A stretch of 64,000 bases of DNA, taken from Octopus bimaculoides (taxonomy: Eukaryota). Made by a program: the position numbers and the translations under genes. The notes under the pieces were generated by a model that was not told the origin of the DNA, ran no database searches, and worked only from the letters and a program-made list of their open reading frames with translations. The stretch lies in the NCBI RefSeq assembly GCF_001194135.2, contig NC_068986.1, forward strand, positions 22,520,562 to 22,584,561, written 5' to 3'. This document shows, in pieces, positions 15,201 to 28,445 of the stretch (positions within the stretch are counted from its first letter, which is position 1; the number at the start of each line of letters is the position of its first letter).

Positions 15201-18200
15201 TTGTCCCATGGTACAAAGGCAAAGTAATAATAGCAATAATTATTTTAGCTTTTAGCTTGATATCTGGATCAATGTTACTGCATATCTTGGACTAAATAGA
15301 CATCAGAAATTGATTCTTTCACAGTAATTTGTGGAGGAATTTATATTAATTTTGAAAAGTAGAATTTCTATATGTGTAGCAGAAGTATCATCTAAATGGT
15401 TGTTTAACTCTCCACCATACATCTTCAGCTTTAGAATGCAATTTTGCTCTGTCAAACATGTAGGTGAATCCATTTTCATTAATACATCCTCAGCCATTTG
15501 TGTGCACAAATAAAGGATATTTAGTAACAAAATATACAAAAAAATGACAGGTGAACATGACACTTGTAGCAGTGCACATGCAGCAAAAACCTCTCAGATA
15601 TCATATGCTGGCAGAATCAGTTGCACTCTCTGTAACAAAATAAGTAATTTGGTAGTATGAATTTTTGAATTTAAAAATATGCAGAATAAAAACCAGTTTT
15701 CCACTTCTTAGCACCCAACATTTGTCTTCAAATGGGTTTTGTGCCCAGATGGCAGCACCACAATGTATCTCACTTGTTCATGAATGTAATGGGAATTCTA
15801 ATTGCATACACTTTATACAAAACATTTTTAGTCCCAGTGTGTCCTTGTGAGGTCCCTTTTCCTTTGCTATTATAATAAAGAAATGTTTTACTCTTTGGTC
15901 ATAATCATGTACCTTTTCAGTGCTTCTTTTATTTGTTAAAGATTGGTTCTATAATTAGAACCAGTAATGTGTAATTACTTGGAGATAACAGTGTTAGAGA
16001 TTCATGTACAGGGCTGAAATGTAAAGATCCTTGGTAAATATTTTTGAAAACCTGAGATTATTATTTTGCTTTTTTTATACTGAAATAAAGTAATATTTTT
16101 ATTAAAGACTTTTTATTATTTCTTGATAGAAGTTTTAAAATGTATATGTGTAACTTTTTCAGGGGAACTCGGTAATCGACAGCATCATCAATCTACATAT
16201 TACAATCCACATCATTCTCAATTACCATCAAATAATTACAGGTAATAATTTCTTTCGTTACCATTCTGCTTTTTAACTCTTTACATCGTATTTTTTCTGT
16301 GAACTGCTCAGCCATGAAAGCTGAGTGTGTAATCTGTTAGATTATGTGGCTTATCCCATAGTACATCACAGTGGCTGATATAAGATTTGAACTTTGCAAC
16401 CATTGTCTCTTTCTGTTGGAAGTCCTTATTCTAAGTCAGTATATATAAAATATGTTTAAAACGGTGTTCACATTTTGCTTCAGTTGCCTTACTTTTTTCC
16501 AAAATTTTTCTTTGAAATTCAGCCATAAAAGCTTGTTAAAATCTTCCCTGAAAAAGTGGTGAGCTGGCAGAATTGTTACAATACCGGACAAAATGCTCAG
16601 CAGCATTTCAGCTGTCTTTACATTCTGAGTTCAAATTCCACCTATGTTGACTTTGCATTCCATCTTTAATAAGTACTAGTCAAGGTTGACTTTGCCTTTC
16701 ATCCTTTCAGGGTCGATAAATTAAGTACCAGTTGTGTACTGGGGTCGATGTAATTGACTAGCCCTAAATTTCAGGCCTTGTGCCTAGAGTAGAAAAGAAG
16801 AAGTACCAGTCAAATACTAGGGTGAATGTAATACACTTAACCTCTCCCCTGAAATTGCTGGCCTTGTGTCAAAAATTTGGAACCAATGTCTTCTCTGAAA
16901 ACAAAATAAAGTTCATGTTAAGATTCGATGAACTTGTAGAGTGCAAGATGATGATTCTTGTTATGGAGAGTAACTAATGAAAACATTTGAACTTGATAAT
17001 ATGGTCGATAGTACAGCACCTTAACCTCAAAGCTGTTAGTAAAATCTAGTTATTTAATTGTGTATATAATCAAGTATTAAGAAAGTTTCTCACAAGTAAC
17101 CAAAGTTGATGAAAAAGGAATTGACTTTCTTGCATCCATATTCAAGTTTTTTTTATGGTGAATGGATGTAATTTCAGTGACAATTAAACCATTTGTTATG
17201 TAAGCAACTCTTTGGTACAATAAAAAGACATAATATCAAATGATGTTTATTACGTTCCAACTTTTAATAGTACAAATGTAGTCGATAGGTTCTGTTACTA
17301 ATTGACTAATTAGTGCTAGAAATGGTTATAATGAATGCATAATAGTTATAGCAAGGAAAAGAATGAAAGAAGCTCAAGGAATATTGCTCCTATTGTTAAT
17401 AGAAGTTTCATTCTCCATGCAAAAGGTATGTATGGAATATCTGTAAGTGGTGAGGCATACTAATGAAACACGAGCATTGAATTTGGAGGATCTGTGGAAA
17501 CTGAATAGAAATAAATTTGTGGTTATGATTTGTTGAATGCATAACATGTATGTAAGGCAAAGGCACATTTGAACTGAGATCAGAAGGGCTGATAATTAAG
17601 AATGTCAATCTCTGCATGTAGGAGAGATAACTGTGTGTGTGTGTGTGTGAAAATGCAATGTGAAAAGGCAAAGAGCACTATGTGCCAACAGTGTTAGGTA
17701 CCTGAGCAAGACAATTAAAAAAAATACAAGGATTAAATGATGGGATGACCCAATTTTTAGATATTGAGTGTCATTAATGAGATGATACAGGACCGAGGAG
17801 AAAAATGGAAAATAAAAATGGGTATTGAATCAGCAGTGATGAAGATATTACAGAAGATTGTCAAGTTAGGAATTTTATGGTATCAATTTTATTTAAGAAG
17901 AGAGGAAAATGTTTTCAATGTATTTTTAGTATCTATGACAAAAGCTCTCTTTGAATCTGTAATGACCTAAAACTTAAGTAAGATGTATTTATTGCTCTGT
18001 ATGCTTCAATTATATTAATTTTACTCCTTATGGACTGATGTTGAATATATTGTTCCAATGTAAATAGAAGCATCTTCTCTAACAACTCTAGATTTATAGA
18101 ACCATCACACCTCTGCCAGCATAAAAATATGGTTATTTTTTTTTTTATCTACTCAGATGTGTTTAATATTTTGATGATACTAAATCACTAATTCTTTTAT

Positions 18201-21200
18201 AGTAATCAGGTTATATTAGCAGGAGCCATTAGAAAAATAAAGAAAAACTAGGGTTACTGAGAAGATGAACATTTGGCATTGAAGATTAGTAATTGTTATT
18301 TTACTGTCAATGACTACATTCTCCAATATACAATCATAACATTAAGAAAGGAAATAATGAAATATCGTTGATAAACAGAACAGAAATTATTCTTAAATTC
18401 TCTTGTGGCAATAGAATTTGAAAGTGATTCAACCAATTTATTTTGCTATTGTTGAGATAAATTTAGATTTATTGATGAATATTTTCTTAATCAAATAGGC
18501 TTGCCAATCAACTTTATCTTAAAAAGCATGTTTTTTTTTTTAAAGTTTTTTTGTTTTATAATTTTTTCTTTTATAGTTGAAACACCCTACCTTCATATAC
18601 ACACTCACACAGATATTCTATTAATAAATAATTAAAATATCATTTGCTTGATTATTTACAGAAGAGTGAATGTTTTGGTGAATAACACTTATCTGTTTTC
18701 AGATTCAGTTTTGTACTTGAGCTGAATTTTTTTCATTTTTAAAAACATTTCTCACATAGAATAAATATAGATTTTCCTATTATAGCTTTATCTTTTCACT
18801 GATAACGTTGACACAATGATTATTCAATTAATATCCTTTATCTCCTTCCTACTGTTAATTTAGCCACATCCTAAAAGTGGCACCTATTTCAGCCAGGGAG
18901 ATATTGTTGGTTTTGTTAGCATGGTGAAAATGTAAAGAGTTTTGAAAATTTGGGATATAACACAGATAAATATTATTTGTTTATGCTGTGAATCATTTAA
19001 TCTTGAAATGTAAATTGTTGCAATATATGTCTTCGTTTATAATTTGTATAATTATAGCTTATTTTAACGTGTTCATTGTCTTGTTTCAATATTAATTCAA
19101 CTATGATTATTGCAGTAACAATAGGACTGTCTTGATGAATAACCAGCTGAATGCTCCCTGCCAGGGTATCTCTCCAATGTATTCCCCTTCATCATCACCC
19201 CCACCTGTGGTTGCAACATTGCACTCATCACTGCAGCAGTCCAACAGCCGGTCAGGCTCTCCTGCTAGTGTAGATGGTAGTTCTTCAATAAACTCCAAAC
19301 ACACAAGTTTTGAGCCAGAGGTAAGTGATCACTATTTTGAAAGCAATGGTTTTTTTAAAAACAGCCTGTTCATATCCTTTTGTAAAAGATTTGATTATAG
19401 CTTTTCATCTTCCTAAAATCAAAGGAAATTTGATTTGTAAGAGAAAACAAAATGTAATTTTCAATTTTCAATTCCTTCCATTTTTCATTCTACTGGTAGA
19501 CCATTTTCTTGATACAATTGCTTCTTATCTCAATATCACTGTCACCGTCTATGCAGACTTAAGTTGGATTACTTAACAGGATCTTCGGCTCCAATGTCTA
19601 CTTTGGCATAGTTTCTACGATTGGATGCCTTTTCTAATGTCAGCTATTTCACAGAGTGCATCAAGTGCTTTTTTTGTGGCATTGGCATCAGTGAAGAAGG
19701 AAAAGAACATGTATGTGTGAGTGTATATCATCATCATTTAGCATCCGCTTTCCATGCTGGCATAGATTAGCCGACTTGAACTGAAACTGGTAAGCTGGAG
19801 AGCTGCACCAAGTTCCAGTCTGATTTGACATGGTTTCTATGGCTGGATGCCCTTCTTAACACCAACCACTCTGAGAGTGTAAAGGGTGCTTTTCATGTGC
19901 CATTTACATGACACAGGCAACAGCAACGACTACAATTTCACTTGGCTTGGCGAGTTTTCTCAAGCACAGCATGTTGCCATAATCTCAGTCACTTGTCACT
20001 GCCTTTATGAGGCCCAACATTCAAAGGGTGCTTTTTATGTGCCACCAACACAGGTGCCTGTCACATAACACTGGCATTGGCAATGACTACGGCTTCACTT
20101 GGCTTGACAGTCTTCTCAAGCATGACATATCGCCAAAGGTCTTGGTCACTTGCTATTGCCTCTTTGAGGCCCAACATTCAAAGATCATGCTTCGTCACAT
20201 TGTTCCATATTTTCCTGGGTCTACCTCTTCCACAGGTTCCCTCCACAGTTAGAGATCAGCACTTTTTTTATACAGTTGTCCTCATCTATATGCATTACAT
20301 GCCCATACCAGCGCAGTCGTCTCTCTTGCACACCACATCTGATGCTTCTTATGCCCAGCTTTTTTCTCAAGATACTTACACTGTCATACATGCACATTGA
20401 CACTGCACATCCAGCCTACGCATGTCCTCAACAGTCACAGCCCATGTTTCACTGCCATGTAGCATAGCTTTTCACACTCATGCGTCATAAAATCTTTTCA
20501 CTCTGAGGGAGAGGCCCTTTATTACCAACAGAGGTAGGAGCTCTCTGAACTTTGCCCAGCCTATTCTTATTCTAGCAGCTACTTTCTTGGAGCATCCACC
20601 TCCACTACTGACTTTGCCATGTAGATAATGGAAGCTATCAACTACTTCTGGCTTTCCCTCCTGGTGTTGGATGGAGCCTATTTTCTGTACATTTTTAGTG
20701 TCTATTTGTACCTGTGCACCTTCCACACACAAAGACTATTTTCCCTGTTAATCTTCCTTGATATTGCTGCACCTGTTATGTGACCAGAGCTTACACCAGG
20801 TACATCTTATTGACTTTCTACTTATGCCCTTTCCACAGATTGAACAGGGCCATCTACTTGAAGGGATTTGTGATTTGTCCACTTTCCTACTTACTAAGAC
20901 TTTGGTTTTTGTTAGATTAAATCTAAGGCTCTTTGATTCTTGACTTTGCTTCTCCGCCTGAAATTTCTTCTCTAGTTCTGGAAGTGATTTGGCTATGAGA
21001 ACAAGGTCATCAGCATAGAGGAGCTTCCAGGGACAGTCTATCTTAAATGCCCTTGTTATTGCCAGGAGGACTATGATGAACAAGAAGGGGCTGAGGACTG
21101 ATCCTTGGTGAACCCCTACTTTTACCCAGCAGCTCATATATATATATACACACACACACTTGCAAGAATACACACATAAATGCTAAATAAGGTGGGAAAA

Positions 21201-24200
21201 TTGGTACTCAAATACTGAAGGTAGAGTAATATGCTTTTTTATTAAAGCTGCAAAAACATCACAAAGCTGTTACTCAGAGTTTCACGTTTCCATTTGTGTT
21301 GGAGGCATGATAAAATGTATCAAGTGCACTCTGTAAAGTGGCTGGTGATAGGCAGGATAGTTCATGATGGAATACCTGCTAAACTGGAATGTATGAAAAT
21401 TGGGTGCTTTTTTTTTTTTTTTTTTTTTTTTTTNNNNNNNNNNTTTTTTTCTTTTTTTTTTCTGCTGTATGGGTCACTCATCTGAACATCTTTTTCTTGA
21501 TTCAGTTGTTAGACTATGGCCATGAAGGGTTTAGCTGAACAAATTACCCCCAGTACTTATTTTTTTTTTTTGTTAAATCTGGTACTGTTCTATCAAGCCC
21601 AGGGTTACAGTAGAAGATACTTGCCCAAGGCTGCCATGCAATAGGTTTGAATCTAAAACCACATGGTTGCAAAAGCAAGCTTTTTTTAATCACACAACCA
21701 TATTCCATCATGACAACAAAGGGGGAATAAAAAAGCAACAGGTATAAAATGATGATGATATATGTGGACGTATATTTGCATACAATATATTCCCATGTTA
21801 TTTCTCTCTTTCCATTATTTTTTAAAGAACATTTTCCCTGAAATTTATCTAGAAAATTGTAAAACCTTTATCTATAATACCTCTTTAAACATGATCTTTA
21901 CTGTTCTACATCTGAGTGTACATAAGCACATTTTCTAAGGAACTCCTATTAAAAGCCACATTAACTTTATTTCTTACAGTCCAAAGATGAAGAGAAGTTA
22001 TATTTTCAGGAAATTCAGAAGAACAGTCGGTAAGTATTAGGAATTGGTTTCCACTTTAGAACCAGAAAATACTTCAGTTTGATCAATTCTTTATATTCTA
22101 TAAAGCTCAAGTGTAGCTCACATTAAATTACTGCTTATATATCTGGTACAGTGCTGCTCCTACACATATATGCATATATCTGGTGTTGCTACTACATATA
22201 CAAACATCCGAGTACACATATTTGATTGGTAAAAACTCACTAACATACTACAGCTATTAGCTTACAGATGTGCTGTTTCTTCTCTCTCTTTTTTCTTTAC
22301 TGCTTCTATGGTTTCTGCATCTCTGACCAGTAAAATGCACAACTCCCCTCCTTGAGGTATTTACCTCTGTTCATTTTCTTATCTCCTGTGTTTCCCAGCT
22401 ACTAGAACCCAAATCAAATACTCTACCCAATCATTTTGCCCAGAGCTCCAAGATTCTTGTATTCCTTTTCTGCTCATATTGTTTTTTTTTCACTCCAATC
22501 ATCATTCTACATGCAATAGGGCCTACATGTAAAGGGCATCATTTTACATGTAAAGGGCCTACATGTAAAGGGCATCATTTTACATGTAAAGGGCCTGCAA
22601 AAGTTATGAGTGCCTCTTAAAAAAAAAGAATACTATTTATAATTTTATAAAAGAGATACCAACATTATCCTTTTAACTATTGTGAATCCTTATCTCACCT
22701 GCAGCAAGGATGAAGTAATTGAGATTTAATAATGGTATGAAAAGCAATGAACCCGTTTGATACTAACCCACTTGAGACTGTCTTTGGTTCTCATTCAGAC
22801 TTCCAGTTTTACAATAATCTTAATTAAAACTTTTTATTAAAATTTTGTTTTAATTTATGTTACAAATGCTAACTTAATAATGACATTTACTTTACTTTTT
22901 TCATTATTTTCAAAATTAATTGAAACAAAGGCAGCATATTTCAACAGAAATCATCATCATCATTGTGTGATGTCTGCTTCCCATGCTGGCATGGGTTGAA
23001 CAGTTTGACTGGAGTTGGCCAGGCAGGAGCCTGTACCAGACTTCTGTCTGTTTTAGCAAGGTTTTTATGGTTGGATGCCCTTCTTAATGCCAACCACCCA
23101 CAAAAGAGTTGACTGGTCAGATTCATGAAAACTAATATCATAAATATTTCTTTTCCACTAACTTTTTGTAAAATAAATGCCTTTCTTTCAGGATACATTT
23201 TATAGCTTTTTATCAATTTTTCCCTTTTCATATTTTCTAGTGACAAACGCCATTTAAATGGTGTAATTGATTATGGTAATATGACAGGAATGCCACCAAC
23301 ATTGCAACCTCCACCTGTGTGTTCAGCCAATGTGGGGCCTTCTCATCCCACTATGACCTGGCCCCCTTATTCAGCAATTAAGAATGCATATCAAATAACT
23401 TTTCCAACGGGACATCAGCATCAGCAGCAACAACACCATCACCATCATCATCACCATCATCATCCACAGCAGCAGGGTCCTCGTGCAGGAATCACACAAT
23501 CTGTAGCTGTCAATAACTCTTATTTTTATTATCCACATATTTCCCATGCCCCTAGTGTTCTTCCTTCAGTATCATCATGTACTGCTGACAGTTCACCTGT
23601 TGGTTCTGACTACTGTAGTCAACCACCCAGCCCTGGGGCTCCATCAGTGACAAATATCACTGCAGTTCCGGCTTCTTCATCTTCAGTTGCATCGGATGAT
23701 AGTGATAGAGGTAAAAGCTGATTTTTACTTAAATGTACTTTATTATGGAGTTTGATTTTTCAGGTTTTGCATATGATATATTTGTGATTCATAAATATTT
23801 TTCACATTGATTATGATATTGTTTTCATGATGTTAGTTTTTCTTTTTATAACTTTAAAGAGAGCAGAGTTTATACTGATAGTGTGTTTAAGCTGTTCTAA
23901 AGACAAGCCAATAGTAATTAAATTTAAAATCAATTTTGAGTTAAAAACATTTCCCATCTTCTAAATGTTGCAGATATTGTGATGTAAGACCTAATTAAAA
24001 GGGTTTTAGATTTGTCATTTGCAAACAGAGTTTTTAACGTAGTTTCAGATGAGAATTTGTAGTGAAGAATTTGTAGGCATAAGTTTTAGACTGTCATTAT
24101 AAAGTATAGCTAGGGGACTCTAATAATTTTCTAATATAGGGGACTTCTGTGATTAGATCCACCCCAGTATTTAGTATTATATTTTATTGATCCTGGAAAG

Positions 24201-27200
24201 ATGCGAGACAAAGTCAACTTTTGTAGAATTTGAATTCACAATGTAAGGAGGTGGACAAAATACTGCAAAGCATTTAATCTGACACTCTAATAATGCTGCC
24301 AATCCAAAAACAAGGTGAATTTTTACAGAGGACATGAATAGCATAATATGATAGCACGAGTATGGAAAGACAATCAGCCAGGCTTGCATCCTATCAGTTC
24401 ATTGATAATGAAAGAGGTTATGTCTTTGTGGTGAATATCAGAATTTATATATGTACTTAATGCTTGTCACTTTATGAACATCTGTGATCCACTTAACCTG
24501 TGCTGATTTCCATAGCGTTGAGAGAAGTTTTCTCCTGAACCTAACTTTTCCAGAAGGAGAAATGTAAGTCATCTCTGAAAGAAAACCACTGAATCACCAT
24601 TGCTTTCCCTGTTGAATTATAAGCATCCTTTTGAAAAGGCTCTTAGAGTTTTATGGAATTTGTGCTGGTAACAAGATTCTTGACTACTTAAATTTCTTAA
24701 AGTGATTGTGCACATATTTACACGCACATATTTTGTTTCTGTACCATCATGTTTTTGTTTAATCATTGTTCTCACTTGGTACCATTTTCTTTTCAGTCAA
24801 GACTGGTAAGGAGACTGAACAGTGTTATGATCAGGACTATAGGAAAAAAGAACTTGGTAAACCCAACTTGAAACCACAGCAACCTCTCTTGAAATCTACA
24901 GCCAGAGGTCAAGTGGACGATCAGACGAAAGGGAATATACAACAGATTTACCTTGACCATCAACAGTTACCTTTTGGAAATGTAACAGGTGGCTATAACA
25001 CTGTCTCTGAAAATATACCAACTGTACCGCAACACCGTCACCATCTTATTACAGGTCGGACTACATACAAGGCACAGCCTGCACACACAAATTTAGGAAT
25101 TAACCCCAAAAACATGATTAACATGCCTCCTGATGGCAAATCTACGACTCCAATTGTGCCTTCAATGTTTAATCACAACTCTGACATGACTAATTTGAGT
25201 ACAACTGTTATCAATTCAACTACTCCAACTTCTGTTCTTGCAACTGCAGACAACACTGCACAGCATTCTCTCTATTCAGTAGGTACATGGACGCGGAATT
25301 TAATTCCTGTATGCACACGGACTGCTGTTGCATGCTCAACTAGTGCTCTAGTTTCAACAGGCTCTTCAAATTCCAGTCCACCACCAAGACAAAATATAGG
25401 TAATATGAAGAATAGTAACATATGTTCCAATTCAGTACCTCAGTCCCCACCTAGTGCTGCTCCTGATTCAACCTGTTCATCCTCATCTGACCAAGCTAGT
25501 GGCTTGGCCACTCTGAACTTCCTTGCACAATGCTCAAACCAAAGTAGTGTCATTACTAACACCATCGTTTATTCATCTCAAACATTGAACTCAAGTTCTC
25601 CGAGCCAAGTTTCTACAGGCCGGTCGGGAATGTGCAAAACATGTGGCTGTGATGGCTACCATCAATTAGGTGTCATTTCTTCTCCTGTGGCTCCACCAGC
25701 CAATAATATCCCTCCTAACCATTGGCCATCCTTTGCAGGGAACATGGGCTACATGCCACAAAATTCTAATGGTTTGATACCACTTCACTACCCAATGCAA
25801 TTGGTTAGTGCGATCCCAACTGATCACGTATATAACAACCCTACTAACATAAGTTTGGTGCATTTGAACTCTTCAAATCAAGCAGCTGTATCATCATCGT
25901 CATCCTCTACGTCTTCATCATGTATGCTGAGCCAGATGTGTAACTATGCATCTTTGGGTCTACATGCCACGCCACCACAACCACAACAGTACACCATGAC
26001 AATGATTAGCAATAAACACTGCAGGTCATGTTTTAACTGTGGAGGATCTGATCATGTTGCCAGTGATTGCAAGGAAACATCTATGGAAGCTATGACAGGT
26101 AACTTATTACTTTCTTTCAAATATTCACCTATTTTTCGCTAAACATTTTGTTAAACCTTAATATATTTTTATGTGCTTTTTTTGATTTGTATTCAAGATT
26201 ATTGTCCTTTGTTTATTCTTACGGAAAAACAAAACTTTTTTCCTCTCTGCTTATTGACGATCAAATTTTAATTCCAAGTTGAAATAGCTTTACTTATCAA
26301 TATCCAACTTTTTTCATATCAAATAATATGGCACTTCCTTAACTCTGACACATCTTCATCACCATTTCCTCTCTTTTCCCATTAAGGTAACCATGCCCCC
26401 CCCCCCCAACAAGAAGCCTGTTTCTGTTCCTCTGTCATACTTTAACCTCTCATCATTTAGCATAAAGCCACCTCCCTCAATACTGCACACCCTCAGTTGA
26501 AGAGTCTTGTTTTGTGAGTTATTTGGTGATCTCACTAGTGCCAGTGCTGTGTAAAAAGTACCCAGTACACTCTGTAAATTGGTTGGCATTATGAAAAGCA
26601 TCCAGCCATAGAGACCATACCAAAGCAGACATTTGAGCTTGGTGCAGTTCTCTAGCTCACCAGCTCCCATTGAACCAGCCATCTCATGCCAGCATGGAAA
26701 ACAAACATTAAATGGTGATGATGTAATTTCCCAACTTGCTCAATGTAACAACTAATTTTTCCATAGCAAATTCCCTTCTGCTTTTGTGATAAAAATCACA
26801 GGTTTCAGATTTGAATTATAAGATAGTCACATTCAGAGCATTGACTGAATGATGAAGTCTGATCTAGAATGACTGTTCATATCTTCTTACTGCTTAATCT
26901 TGGACCACTCAGATGCTTTAGTATTGTCGACCACTCTTCCTCAACAACAAAATGTATCTTATATATAGATCATTATGTATTACTGCTAGACTCAGATGTT
27001 GTGTTAAGTGTTTTTATTTTTTGTTTAGAAAGATGCTAATATTTGTCAGTTATGTCCCACTAGCAAATACCACCATAATTACGATCAAAGACCATATAAA
27101 ATTTTGAATGCTATTTTCCATGTTGTTGTAATGCATAGATAATTATGTTTCCATCAGTTTTCCATACAAGTATGGATTGTATATTTCTGAAAATATTGAT

Positions 27201-27853
27201 ATTTTAATTCTCACATTTTCGTTTCCATTTTCTGATACTAGCATAACAATTGCATATTAGTAGCTATTAATGCAAGTTTATTTCCTACTATTAACCATTT
27301 TACTCTAACATTGGCTTGGTAGCTATTTAACAAATGAAGTAATATGTCTGAATTTAATGAAACACTGATTACATGTTGTATTACAAGGTTTGAGCTTAAG
27401 ACTAAATTTATTACTGCAGTAACTTAACCTCATAGCTAATGTGCAAGGTAGCAAAAATAACATGTTGGTAAGAACTGACAAGTAGAGCAATCAGCATGTG
27501 TTCTATTGCTGACAGGCTTCTTACTGCTGTCATAAATGATTTCAGTTGCTGTCAAAGTAGAGATGTTTGTGAAGAATTTGAAGAATTTCTGGTACTAATG
27601 CTTGTGTAACTTGTGAAGTTGCATAGACTTGAACATTTCCAAACTCTATAACAGAAGGTGTTTTCCTTTCAATATAAATTTAATGAGTATTTCTAAATTC
27701 ATTTAATTCTTTTGTCAAGAAATAGCTACATTGTGGAGATTCTTGGATAACAGATTCACTGCTCTTGTGTATCCATTTTAAATACTCATAAATATGTGTA
27801 CATATACACACACTGACAATCAGATATGCATGTATGTGGTTAACTACTAATGC

Positions 27854-27897
<44 letters not shown>

Positions 27898-28412
27898 CAT
27901 CAGGAAATAATTGCATAGGACTTAAAAATTTTCTTGCATTAAGAACAAGCTGAAAATACGAAAATACTTGGGTGTTTATTTAAGGATTTCCCACTTACTC
28001 ACTGCTTTTGCTGGGTCCCAAAGGATTTGCTTGTTTAGTAACAGGAAGGTTTATTTGAATTCAGAATGCAGAGCTAATCTACTCAAGGGATACACTGATA
28101 ACGTGGACCTAAAAGCAAATAACATTGTTCTTTATGCTTCTCACCAAACATGATGCTTTAATAGACTACAATTTATTGTAGTCTATTTTAAATTTTATTT
28201 TCTTTTGATTTCATATGTTTTTCATTGTTTTGATATATTTGCAATATCACTTTGCTGGGAATGTCTTTGTCTCCAGTCATTTCCTCTGGTATTTCTCTGG
28301 GTGATAATTTTTTTATCAAGTCAGATCTTTCATTCATCTTTCTATGAGTAGATCTAATTGTTGCTAGTGTTGGAGCTACTGAAAGCATGTATTATTTACA
28401 GTACTGTTTTTG

Positions 28413-28445
<33 letters not shown>

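Noticed and set aside
22501-22596. CRISPR-like 36-bp periodicity
   Set aside because: Units are contiguous with no unique spacers, no cas genes are present, and the context is a eukaryotic intron.
28188-28388. 66-aa minus ORF in the last ZCCHC intron
   Set aside because: No recognisable domain or splice context; length is within chance expectation.
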